A stretch of 64,000 bases of DNA from Hypanus sabinus (taxonomy: Eukaryota): assembly GCF_030144855.1 (NCBI RefSeq), contig NC_082706.1:110298001-110362000 (forward strand), read 5' to 3'. The position numbers were made by a program, and so were the translations under genes. Within the stretch, counting starts at the first letter, position 1; the number at the start of each line of letters is the position of its first letter. Positions 24,040 through 35,346 of the stretch are shown here, one piece after another. The notes beneath the pieces were generated by a model. The model was given only the letters and a program-made list of their open reading frames with translations. It had not been told where the DNA came from and searched no databases.

Positions 24040-26890
24040 CAATTTAGAGAAGTGCACAGACGCAGTAATTCACAATGCCGCTGGGAAGATTTTAAAAGCC
24101 CGGAGTTTCTTTCAGCAGGAGATTCGACTGGGAGAAGTGTGCAGTCGCAGTAGCTAGTCATCTTGCAAGACTGGTGAGAAGAATTAAAAAGCGCTGAGTT
24201 TCCTTCAGCAAGAGATTCAATTGGGAGAAGTGGGTAGATGCAGTAGCTCATCATCATGAAAGGCCGCTGAGAAGGTTCTGGGATAAAAGGAAGACACTGC
24301 TTAGCAGAGCGTTCAGTAGCGTAGCATGAGTCAGAGTAGTAGGCCTTTAGCTCATTGGCGCTTCGGCAAAGGCGGGCCTAGGTGAGGGAAGAAGGTAAGT
24401 TACTTTCATATCTCTCTTTTCCTCTAACTTAAGAATAGTAGCTATGACTGCAAGATCAGTTTTCTGCTCTGGGTGTCAGATGTAGGCTATCCGGGAGATT
24501 TCCAGCCTCCCTGATGGCAACATTTGCACCAAGTGCATCGAGATGCAGCTCCTTAGAGAATGAGTTAGGGAACTGGAGCTGCAGATCAATGACCTTCAGC
24601 TTGTTAGGGAAAGTGAGGCAGTGATCGATGGGAACTACTGGCAGGTCACACCAGGGCTACAGGACACAGGTAAGTAGGTGACTGTAGGAGAGGGAAGGGA
24701 GAGCATCTGTTAGTGGGCAGCACCCCTGTGGCTGTTCCCCTAAACATTAAGTACTCCATTTTGAGTACTGATGGTGCTGGGGAGATGACCTACCTGAGGC
24801 GAACAACAGTGACCATGCTTCTGTCACTGGAGCTGCCCTTGTGGCTCAGAAGGGTAGGGAACGGAAGAGGATGGAAGCAGTAATAGGGGACTTATTTAAT
24901 TGCTAGAGGCAGGAAACATGTTCCCAATGTTGGGGGAGTCCAGAACCAGAGGCCACAATTTAAGAATAAGGGGTAGGCCATTTAGAACGGAGTTCAAGAA
25001 AAACTTTTTCACCCAGAGAGTTGTGGATCTATGGAATGCTCTGCCTCAGAAGGCAGTGGAGACCAATTCTCTGGATGCTTTCAAGGAAGAGTTAGATAGA
25101 GCTCTTAAAGATAGTGGAGTCAAGGGATATGGGGAGAAGACAGGAACAGGGTACTGATTGTGGATGATCAGCCATGATCACATTGAATGGCAGTTCTGGC
25201 TCTAAGGGCCGAATGGCCTACTCCTGCACCTATTGTCTATTGTCTATTAATAAGGGTAGGAGGAAATATGATGCTATTAGGCAGAAACTTGGGAGCATAA
25301 ATTGGGAGCAGAAGTTCTCAGGGAAATGCATGGTGGAAATGTGGCAAATGTTCAGGGAACATTTACATGGCATTCTGCATAGGTATGTTCCACTGAGCTA
25401 GGGAAAAGATGGTAGGGTAAAAGAACCATGGTGTACAAAGGATTTAGTTAAGAAGAAAAGCTTACAAAAGGTTCAAGAAACTAGGTACCGACAGAGTTCT
25501 AGAAAATTACAAGATTGCCAGGAAGGAGTTTAAGAATGAAATTAGGAGAGCTAAAAGGGGCCATGAGAAGGCTTTGGCAAGCAGGATTAAGGAAAATCCC
25601 AAGGCATTCTATAAGTATGTGAAGATGAGCTGTGTGAGAATTGGATCAGGTGCGATGGTGGAAACATATGCAGGGAGTTGGATCCTGATTGAAATCTTTC
25701 AGGATGTAGCAAAACACATTGAAGGTAGAGCAGTGGATGTAGTATATATGGATTTCAGTAAGACATTTAATAAGGTTCCCCATGCAAGGCTCCTTCAGAA
25801 AGTAAGGAGGCATGGGATCCAAGGAGACCTTGCTTTGTGGATCCAGAATTTGCTTGTCCACAGAAGGTGGTTGTAGATGGTTCATTTTCTGCATGGAGGT
25901 CAGTGACCAGTGGTGTTCTGCAGGGATCTGTTCTGGGACCCCTCCTCTTTATTTTTTTTATAAATGACCTAGATGAAGAAGTAGAAGGGTGGGTCAGTAA
26001 GTTTGCTGATGACACAAAGATTGAAGGTGATGTGGATATTCTGGAGGGTTGTGAGAGGTTACAGTGGGACATCGATAGGATACAGAACTGGGCTGAGAAA
26101 TGGCAGATGGAGTTCAACCAAGATAAGTATGAAGTGGTTCATTTTGGTAGGTCAAATTTGAAGACAGAGTATAATATTAATAGTAAGATTCTTGGCAGTG
26201 TGGAGGATCAGAGAGATCTTGCACTCCATGTGCATTGAACACTTGAATCTGCTGCTCAGGTTGACAGTGTTATTAAGAAGGCATATGGTGTGTTGGCAGT
26301 CATCAACCATGGGATTGAGTTCAAGAGCTGTGAGGTAATGTCACAGCTAGATAAGACCTTGGTCAGATCCCACTTGGTATTCAGTTCTGGTCACCAAAGG
26401 ATGTGGATACTATAGAGAGAGTACAGAGGAGATTTACAAGGCTGTTGCCTGGATTGGAGGGTGTACCTTATGAGAATAGGTTGAGTGAATTTGGCCTTTT
26501 CTCCTTGGAGCGATGGAGAATGAAAAGTGACCTGATAGAGGTGTATAAGACAATGACAAGCATTGATTGTGTAAATAACCAGGTGCATTTTCCCAGGGCT
26601 GAAATAGCAAACGCAAGGGGGCATATTCTTGAGGTGCTTGGAAGTAGGTACAGACAGGATGTTGGGTTTTTCACACAGAGAGTGGTGGGTGTGTGGTTTG
26701 CACAGACAGCAACTGTGGTGGAGACAGATACAATAGGTTCTTTTTAGAGACTCTTAGATAGGTACGTGGAGCTTAGAAAATTAGAGGGCTCTGCATTAGG
26801 GGAATTCTAGGCAATTTCTAAAGTAGGTTACATGGTCGGCACATTGCAGCTGAAGGGCCTGTAACGTGCTATAGATTTCTATGTTCTATG
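24040..26890 (+). mobile_element. CR1 LINE retaining 5' UTR and ORF1 start, with large internal deletions
   Basis: ORF1 from about 24445 reads MTARSVFCSGCQM*...CTKCIEMQLLRE*VRELELQINDL (zinc finger + leucine zipper). ORF2 RT fragments 25574-26747; (TTCTATG) tail. Confidence 0.85.
24900..25247 (+). mobile_element. Young CR1 3' fragment nested in older CR1
   Basis: Near-identical to 3723-4069; (ATTGTCT)n tail. Confidence 0.88.
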
Positions 26891-26918
26891 TACCATATTC
26901 ACAGTTAATAAAGAAATA

Positions 26919-27483
26919 TACTCTCTTTGGCCACTTTATTAGAGACACCTGGATGCCTACTTTTAATGTAAACATTTAATCAGCCAATCATGTGGCTGCA
27001 ACTCAATGCATAAAAGCATGCAGACATGGTCAAGAGGTCAGCTGTTGTTCAGAGCAAACATCAGAATAGAGAGGAAATGCAATCTAAGTGACTTTGACTG
27101 TGAAATTATTGTTGATGTCAGACAGGTTGGTTTAAGTAGCTCAGCAACTGCTGATCTCCTGGGATTTTCGTGTACAACAGTCTCTGGAGTTTAGAGAATG
27201 GTGTGAAAAACAAAAATCATCCAGTGAGCAGCAGTTCTGTGGGGGGTGGGGGAAACGCCTTCTTAATAAGAGAGGTCAGAGGAGAATAGCCAGGCTATTT
27301 CATGCTGTCAGGAAAGTGACAGCAACTCTAATAACCATGTATTACCACAGTGGTGTGCAGAAGAACATCTCTGAATGCGCAATACATTGAACCCTTGAAG
27401 TGGATGAACTACATCAGCAGACACCCGTGAACATGGCCATTTCATTAGGTACAGGAGGTAGCCAATAAAGTGGCCACTGAGTC
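26919..27483 (+). mobile_element. Non-autonomous Tc1-like transposon
   Basis: TIRs TGGCCACTTTATT.../...AATAAAGTGGCCACTGAG; paired-HTH remnant LSDFDCEIIVDVRQVGLSSSATADLLGFSCTTVS. Confidence 0.85.
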
Positions 27484-28432
27484 TACATCACCTCTGAGTC
27501 CACAAGTCAACAAGGAAGATTGGTGACAGCGAAAGTAGATCTAGGAGGCAAGGGTAGATTAAATATACACAGTGAAGCTGAGGCAAGAGACAGTCATACA
27601 CGGATGTAAAACTGAGTGAACTGGAAGGTGCCACACCATCAGTCCACTCAAGTCTGTTTTTCAGTCTCATGGTTATAGCTGTCTAGACACTCTTTGGCCA
27701 TCAGCTCACTTCTTCAATGCCTGCTTCACTTGCTGACCCATTTTCAGAAAGACATTTGCTCAGCTTTTACAGTCAACACTGTAAATTTTCAAAGAACATA
27801 AAAGCATAGGAAGAGAAGCAGAAAGAGCCCATTCAGCACCTCATGCCTACTCTGTCACTTCAGCAGATCATGTCCAAATTTTACTTTACCACTACTTTCC
27901 TGCACAATTCCCCTGATTCAAATAATATCTAAAAATAAATCAATTCCTCAGTGGTCTCCTTAAATCAGAGTTGCTACACTCCAACTCTAGTGCATCATAT
28001 TCCAATTCACAATCTGCAGCTTCCCTGCAGCCTTGCACTCTGCATTATCTGATCTTTTCTCACCACCCTGAGCTGACAACATCTGCATACTTTGATTGAA
28101 TACCTGGCTTATTTCCTTCCAGGTCAGTGTGCTGAGCTTTTGCTTTCTGCCCGATCTATATGCTCCTCACTAGAAGGACCGTCACTAAACTTCAACATTA
28201 GAGCTTGGTCAGTACTATCTTGCCCTATAGCCAGGGCTACCTATATTCACTACACATTGACCTTGGTTACGCTTTCCCTCACTGGTAAAAGTTTTCCAGA
28301 GGTAACTTGTCAAAGGCGTTGTCAAATCCATAAAGATTCTTCTTGTTATTTTTCCTAAAAAAAAATCAGTTCACTCCAAGCTAAACACAGTCATTTGCAA
28401 AGCCTGAACAGTTGCTCAATTTAGATACAGTT

Positions 28433-28438
28433 TTTATT
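28433..28438 (-). terminator. Putative polyadenylation signal of the cathelicidin-like gene
   Basis: AATAAA on the - strand, 127 nt after the TAA stop. Confidence 0.55.
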
Positions 28439-28564
28439 TGAAGTAAGCATTATGGAAAAATTTGGAAGAATTTTCAAAGATGAAATTATTTTACTCAAGG
28501 GTCATCACTCTTTCCATATTCTTCCTTGGGACTTCCCCTTTCCAAATAAGTATCACAAAGGAAT

Positions 28565-28654
28565 TTAGCTTTTTTCTGTAGTATCAACTGTTCCAGGAGA
28601 AGATCCAAATGTGGAACTGGAAGTTTGTACTTGCCTTGCCAATACTGGCATATC
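28565..28654 (-). CDS. Cathelicidin/NGP-like protein, terminal coding exon 4
   Basis: Strong acceptor TTTTTTTTCTGTTTTATGTTGCAG|, phase 0, DMPVLARQVQTSSSTFGSSPGTVDTTEKS*. AATAAA lies about 130 nt downstream. It completes the canonical 4-exon cathelicidin layout, but is linked by position and splice signals rather than homology. Confidence 0.72.
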   Translation of the reverse strand, partial: DMPVLARQVQTSSSTFGSSPGTVDTTEKS

Positions 28655-29249
28655 CTGCAACATAAAACAGAAAAAAAAGCACTTATACCTCCTTAAAGCA
28701 AAGGAATTACAATGTTCAAATAACCATTCTACTGACTAGGATGTTGAAAACATCTAAACCCGGCACTGTGTGTTACATTAAATGATTTTAGCATCCATCC
28801 AGCACTAACTGCACTGCTTACTGTAAGGACATTGAAAGAAGACAATATTTTAGTCTCTAACTCCAGTTAAATCTTTTAATCACCATTTTATTTTTTTCCA
28901 TGGGAACTTACTACAGTAATTTGATTTATTTTCCTTCCAGATGCTCCCTGTGCTTCAAATTGTTCCCAGTATTCTTGCATGTGCAGTGCCTTATATCTCC
29001 TTCTATCAGGATCGGCCTTCTTTTCTTTTTCCTCTGTTTTCACTCAGCTCCCTTTACTTAATCTTTAGCGAGAAACAGTATGTTGTTTTATCCACTGGTT
29101 GTATCGTTCACTTTTCCTTGATCTCCATGTCATTACAGATACTCCCCACTCTTTCTCTCCTCCCCACTCTTTCTCTGCAACCTGAATTCTGTTTTTCCTT
29201 GTTCTAATGAAAGGTCTTCAACCTGAATTGTTAACTGAATTGTTAATTA

Positions 29250-29992
29250 TTAATCGCCAACAGGCTCTGGGACAGCTTCTTCCACCAGGCCATCAGACTG
29301 CTTAAATTGTGCTGACACAACTGTATTTTTATGTTATATTGACTGTCCTGTTGTACATACTATTTGTTATAAATTACTATAAATTGTACATTGCACATTT
29401 AGACAGAGATGTAACATAAAGATTTTTACTCCTCGTGTATATGAAGGACATAAGTAATAAAGTCAATTCAATTCCATTCAATTTTCTCTTGGCAGATGTT
29501 GATTCGCCTGATGGCTATTTCCAATATTTTCTGTTAATATTCCAGTTAAGATAAGAGGCATTACATAAAAGATAAGGCGCACTGTGGGTGATCAGATATT
29601 AGCAATCATAGAAAATTAGGCTGCAGAGGGTCGTAGTCTCGGACAGCTATACGATAGGCACAGCTCTCCCCACTGTCATTAAGAGGTGGTGCCTCAAGAA
29701 GACAAAATCGATTACTAAGGACCCCCACCATCCTGGACATGCTCTCTTCCCATTAGTATCATCAAGGAGGAGGAACGTGAGCCTGACTGACACTCAGCAA
29801 TTCAAAAACAGCCCCTTTGCAATCAGATATCTGAGTGCTCCAGAAACCCATGAACACTACCTTTTTACTCCTTTTTTGTACATTGTTTAATTTTGTAACT
29901 TATAATCATTTTAACGTTTTTTTTTCACTATACCCCTGCTGCAAAACAACAAATTTCACACCGCGTGAGTTATGATATCTGATTCTAGTTCT
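29250..29992 (+). mobile_element. Two Rex1/Babar-like 3' fragments
   Basis: SFFHQAIRLLK-type tail with (ATTCA)n, and an HHPGHALF tail. Confidence 0.55.
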
Positions 29993-30364
29993 GGCCAGGT
30001 AGACAATGAGAAATGACACATTTTGGGAGAGAGTGGGACCCAAATCATTTTAGAGATTGCAGTAGAGGTCTTGATTGAGGAGGCAGAAATAAGAAAGAAT
30101 CTTGTTTCCACAGGGAATGGTGGGGGGGGGGGGTGGAAGAGGGGTCGAGGCAGTATTTTCTCCAGAACATGAAAGCCCCTAAAAGCAAATACCCATGGTA
30201 ATAAATGCTAGCAAGCAATCCTGAGTGCTAAAAGTAGCTCCATGCCCTCAAGTGAGGACACACCCACATTGTTGCATATGCAGTCATTGCAATAGCTAAC
30301 TTTACTCTAAAATCAAAAACTGAGCTCATGAAAGGTCACAGACATGATGTCTGTTTCTCTCGCT

Positions 30365-30925
30365 GCTAAATAGTAAAGTGCAAGATCACAATGAGGTAGA
30401 TTGTGAGGCCAAGTGTCCAGCTTATCAAATAAGAGGTCCATCCGAGAGTCTGATAAGGGTGGGACAGAAGCTGCTTTTCAGCCTGGTGGTACATACTTCC
30501 AGGGTTTTGAAGCTATTGCCCGATGGAAAAGGGGAGATGGACGAATGTCCCGAGTGGGTGGCACTCTTAAATATGCTTGCTGTTTCACTGAGGCAGCGAG
30601 AAAAGAGTCCATAGATGGGAAGCTGGTTCCCGAGATGTACTGAGATACGTTCACAACTCTGCCGTTTCTTGCAGATCACATGTAGAGCAATTACCACAGC
30701 AAGCCACTATGCATCCAGTCAGAATGCTTTCTATAGCACAGCAATAGTAGGGTCAACAGGGAAATGCCAAATTAGTTTAGTATCCTGAGCAAATCCAGGT
30801 GTTGGTGACCAGGCTAGGCTGTTGCTGATGTTCGCATCAAGGAGTTTGAATCTCTTCACCCTCTCAAACTCAACACTATTGATGTAAACAGGAGCATGCG
30901 CACCAACTCCTTTTTGAAGTTAATG
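30365..30925 (-). mobile_element. Decayed Rex1/Babar-like LINE fragment
   Basis: RLKSSFCPTLIRL tail motif. Confidence 0.6.
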
Positions 30926-30943
30926 ACTAGTTCTTTTGGTTAG

Positions 30944-33040
30944 GTGACATTTATTAACCTGTTGTTGGTGGTGCACAAGAAGAATGTGGTAACCTGCCTC
31001 AAAGACTATTGTCCAGTAGCGCTTATATCCACTGTGATGAAATTCATTGAGAGGTTGGTCTTGAAATTTATCAACTCCTGCCTGTGCATCGATTTTGATC
31101 CGCTCCGTTGCCTACCATCACAACAAGCCAACAGCAGATACCATTTCATTGGCTCTTCACTCAACCCTAAAACGTCTGGACATTGAAGATGCATACATTT
31201 GACTTGCAGAGCTGCAGTCAATGTCATCATTTCCTCAAAACTAATCAATGAGCTCCAAGATCTCGGCCTCAATACCTCCTTCTGTAACTGGTCCTCAATT
31301 TCCTCACTTGTAGACCCCAGTCAGTTTGGATTAGCAACAATATATCCTCCACAATCACCATCAGCACAGGTACACCTCAAGGCTATGTGCTTGACACCTC
31401 TGCTCTATTCACTTTACACTTACAATTGTGAGGATAAGCACAACTCCAATGCCATATTCAAGTTTTCTGATAACACCATTGTTGTTGGCCAAATCAAAGG
31501 TGGTGATGAATCAGCATCCACAAGGGCAATTGGAAATCTGGCTGAGTTGTGTCTCTAAAAAACATCAGCAAAACCAAACAGCTGATTATTGACATCAGAC
31601 TGAGAAAACCAAAAGCCCATGAGCCAGTCCTCATTGGAGGATCAGAGGAGGAAAGGATCAGTAATTTCAAATTATCATTTCAGAGGATCTGCCCTGGGCC
31701 CAGCACATAAATGCCATTACAAAGAAGGCACAGCAGCACCTCTACTTTCTTACAAGTTTGCAAAGAGTCAACATGCCATCTACAACTTTGACAAACCTTT
31801 ACAGATGCACGTTGGAAAGTATACCAACTGGTTGCATCATGCCCTGGTATGGAAGCACCAATGCCTTTGACAGACAGACAGACATACCTTATTGATCCTG
31901 AGGGAAATTGGGTTTCGTTACAGTCGCACCAACCAAGAATAGTGCAGAAATCTAGCAATATAAAACCATAAATAACTAAATAATAATAAGTAAATAATGC
32001 CAAGTGGAAATTAGTCCAGGACCAACCTATTGGCTCAGGGTGTCTGACACTCCGAGGGAGGAGTGGTAAAGTTTGATGGCCACAGGTAGGAATGACTTCC
32101 TATGACGCTCAGTGTTGCATCTCGGTGGAATGAGTCTCTGGCTGAATGTACTCCTGTGCCTAACCAGTACATAATGGAGTGGATGGGAGACATTGTCCAA
32201 GATGGTATGCAACTTGGACAGCATCCTCTTTTCAGACACCACCATCAGAGAGTCCAGTTCCACCCCAACAACATCACTGGCCTTAGGAATGATTTTGTTG
32301 ATTCTGTTGGTGTCTGCTACCCTCAGCCTGCTGCCCCAGCACACAACAGCAAACATGATAGCACTGGCCACCACAGACTCGTAGAACATCCTCATCATCG
32401 TCCGGCAGATGTTAAAGGACCTCAGTCTCCTCAGGAAATAGAGACGGCTCTGACCCTTCTTGTAGACAGCCTCAGTGTTCTTTGACCAGTCCAGTTTATT
32501 GTCAATAACAGTAAATAGTAAAGCTTACAAAAAGTAGTAGATACAGCCTAATCCATCAACGGTAAAGCTCTCCCCACCACGGAGCTCATCTACTGTCACA
32601 GGAAAGCAGCACCCATCACCAAGGATTTCCACTATCCAGGTCATGCTCTATTCTTGCTGCTGCCATCAGGAAGGAGGCACAGGAGACTTAGGTCCCACAC
32701 CACCAGCTCCAGGAACAGTTATTACGCCTCAACCATTGAGCTCCTGAAACAGAGTGGATAACTTCACTCACTCCAACACTAATTTCACAACCTATGGACT
32801 CAATTTTAAGAACTCTACAACTCATGTTCTCAACATTTATTGTTTATTTAATTATTATTGTTCTGTATATTTTTGTATTGACACAATTTGTTGCCTTTTG
32901 CACGTTGGTTGTCTCGTGTGCAGTTTTGCATTGTTTCTATTGTGTTTCTTTGTATTTACTGTGACTGCCTGCAAGAAAGTGAATCTTAGGGTAGTGTATG
33001 GTGACATTTATGTAGTTCGATAACAAATCTACTTTGAACA
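30944..33040 (+). mobile_element. Decayed Rex1/Babar-like LINE with nested younger copy
   Basis: CLKDYCPVALISTVMKFIERLV and PLLYSLYT...KFSD; 3' tail as in 1-592. Confidence 0.8.
31870..32506 (-). mobile_element. Young Rex1-like 3' fragment (nested)
   Basis: Near-identical to 22243-22877; (CTGT)n tail. Confidence 0.9.
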
Positions 33041-34144
33041 CTGAGAGAATAGTTATTGTCACAAAACTCATTATCTCCCTGTACTCCAAATCATTGTTAT
33101 TTAAATATGGCCCTTTACGGTTGTATCATCTGCAAACTTGTTAGTAGAGTTGGAGCAGTATCTGGTCATGAAGGCTTGAGTGTACAGGGAGCAGATTAGG
33201 AGGCTCAGGATGGTACCTTGTGGGGCACCAATGTTTCAAATAATCATGGTGGAGGTGTTGCTATCTGTTCTTACTGATTGCAGTCTGGTGGTCAGAAAGT
33301 CAAGTTGAGATACTCTGTATTTCTTTCTGCTGACGCTGCCTGACTTTTTTAAGTGTTGGCATTCATGCAGATTTATGGCAAATGGGAATCCAAACCAAAA
33401 CTGTAGTTGCTGGAAACACTCAGCAGGTGAGGCAACATCAGTGAAAGAGAGGTTAGTGTTTAAAGTCAAAGGCCCTTCATCAGAACTGAGAAAGAGAGAA
33501 AATAACTCATGGGATTTTAACCTGAAATATTAACTCTGTTTCTCCTTCCATCGATGTTGCCTGACTGCTGTGTATTGCCAGCATCTTAAATTTCTTTTTC
33601 AGCTTTCTCAATACCTAGTTTTAATTTTTCTTCTGTTTATTATCGAAAATAATGATATTAACCAAGGTATCAAGGAATCCTTCTTATCAGTATTATTATG
33701 TTATCTTTTAACTTCAGCTGAGAGGACAGAGCTGCAGTTGGTTGTACATGAAAGGTGGCATCTTCCACAGTTTAGGGTCCCTTGGTGATACATTAGACTA
33801 TTTATGTTTGTGTTCAGGACCTTGAGTTGATCATAAACCCATACTCCTACTATTCAACGCTGAGTGTGCTACCAATGATAATGGGTCCTTAAAAGAGTTG
33901 ATGGGCTTGGTCCTTGAATATCTGACAAATGGCATGTTACACTTTTCTTTCTTGAATTACAAAATGCATCTCAAAGCCAGTTAAAACTCCATTGTTAAAC
34001 CGAATTATTTTCCTCTGAATTGCAACAATGCCCTTACTTCAAAATTACTTCATTGTTGGTGGAATACGTAATGATTTCCTGAAGGTGCGAAAAGTTCCAT
34101 AAAAATGTTAATTGTCTTTCTCTTCATTGGTGTATTTGTCTTAC

Positions 34145-34231
34145 CTGAAAAACTTTGCAACGGACAGGCTGGAATCTAAGGGACGTGGAGGGAGGTCTTT
34201 GAAAAGCCTTTACAGTACATGACTTCATAAT
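34145..34231 (-). CDS. Cathelicidin/NGP-like protein, coding exon 3
   Basis: Acceptor TTTTCTCCTCACCAG|, 87 nt, IMKSCTVKAFQRPPSTSLRFQPVRCKVFQ (second Cys pair; cf. cathelicidin LVKxC...C). Donor CAG|GTAAGA. Phase 0 is the only open frame. Confidence 0.88.
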
Positions 34232-35071
34232 CTGGTGAGGAGAAAATTATATTATTTTAACAGATTTCCCTAAGTGGCTGAAATTATTGTTACAGTGCAA
34301 ACTAAGATTTAGTAAGGAGTAGGCAATGGCTATGTGCATTACAAAACAGCCCAGCATACCAAATACTTGCTCTTATTCTACATTCTTAGCTGTATTAATA
34401 TGTTTCAGCTCCCCTCCATCAAGATTGGAGATAAAATTGTCCGAGATTCCTCTCCAAATATTATTCAGTTAACTAAGTCACAGATTTGACATTTCTAATC
34501 AAATTTTGGTGACCATGCAATTATCTTTTTTTCAGTTTCCAAACTGTGGAAGTTTATTGTCTATCTCTACTGTCATGAGAAGATGAAGCGTGTGACATTT
34601 TCAACTCCTAAGCTCTTTGGTCAAGTACTACTACTTTGCTGTGATGGAAGAGCTTACAAGAACTTGGGTGCAACATGGTTGAAGGATGATAAATTATGAT
34701 ATATATACAAATCAGAATAGTGTGTATGTTGGAGAGGAACTTCAGGCTGAAGGTGAACATGCTGATTTTACTTTTCTAGATGTTATGTGACAGGACTGGA
34801 ATGTGTTGTCAAAGAGCTATGGTGAGTTGCTTCACTGCCTCCTGAGGTTGCATACACTACGGAACAGGAACAGGCACAGATGTAAAAGCTCAAGTAACTA
34901 GAAAATTGGAGACACACTTGCTGATTGTATGGAGGCAGACTCCCCTCTACATTTGACTTAACTGGGGCTAAGCTTCACAAGAAGTTTATTAAATTTAAAT
35001 ACCCATCACAATTTTATGATTGGAGGTAGATAAGCTAACAAAACTTGGAAGACTGTAGCAAATGCATTTAC

Positions 35072-35182
35072 CCCACCAGCCATGAAAGAACAATCAGCTG
35101 CATCATTGCTTGTCACATTATGATTACAGACGGTCTCCTGCATATGGAAGCTAACGTCATAGATGGTCCATTGAACTCCATT
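35072..35182 (-). CDS. Cathelicidin/NGP-like protein, coding exon 2
   Basis: Acceptor TTTGTTTCATTTCATCTGCAG|, 111 nt, NGVQWTIYDVSFHMQETVCNHNVTSNDAADCSFMAGG. It matches the cathelin SFxVKETxC...DCxF motif. Donor GGG|GTAAAT, phase 0. Confidence 0.9.
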
Positions 35183-35346
35183 CTGCAGATGAAATGAAAC
35201 AAACAAAGAATTACTCTGAGTAAGAATTAGTGCATGAGGATAGGTCCAGAAAAGACCATTATAAAACCTGGAAAGGTCAGGGTCGTACCACCATAAAGCT
35301 TTGAATATTGTCTGCATTAATCAATGCTTCATCTTGCATAATCTTT

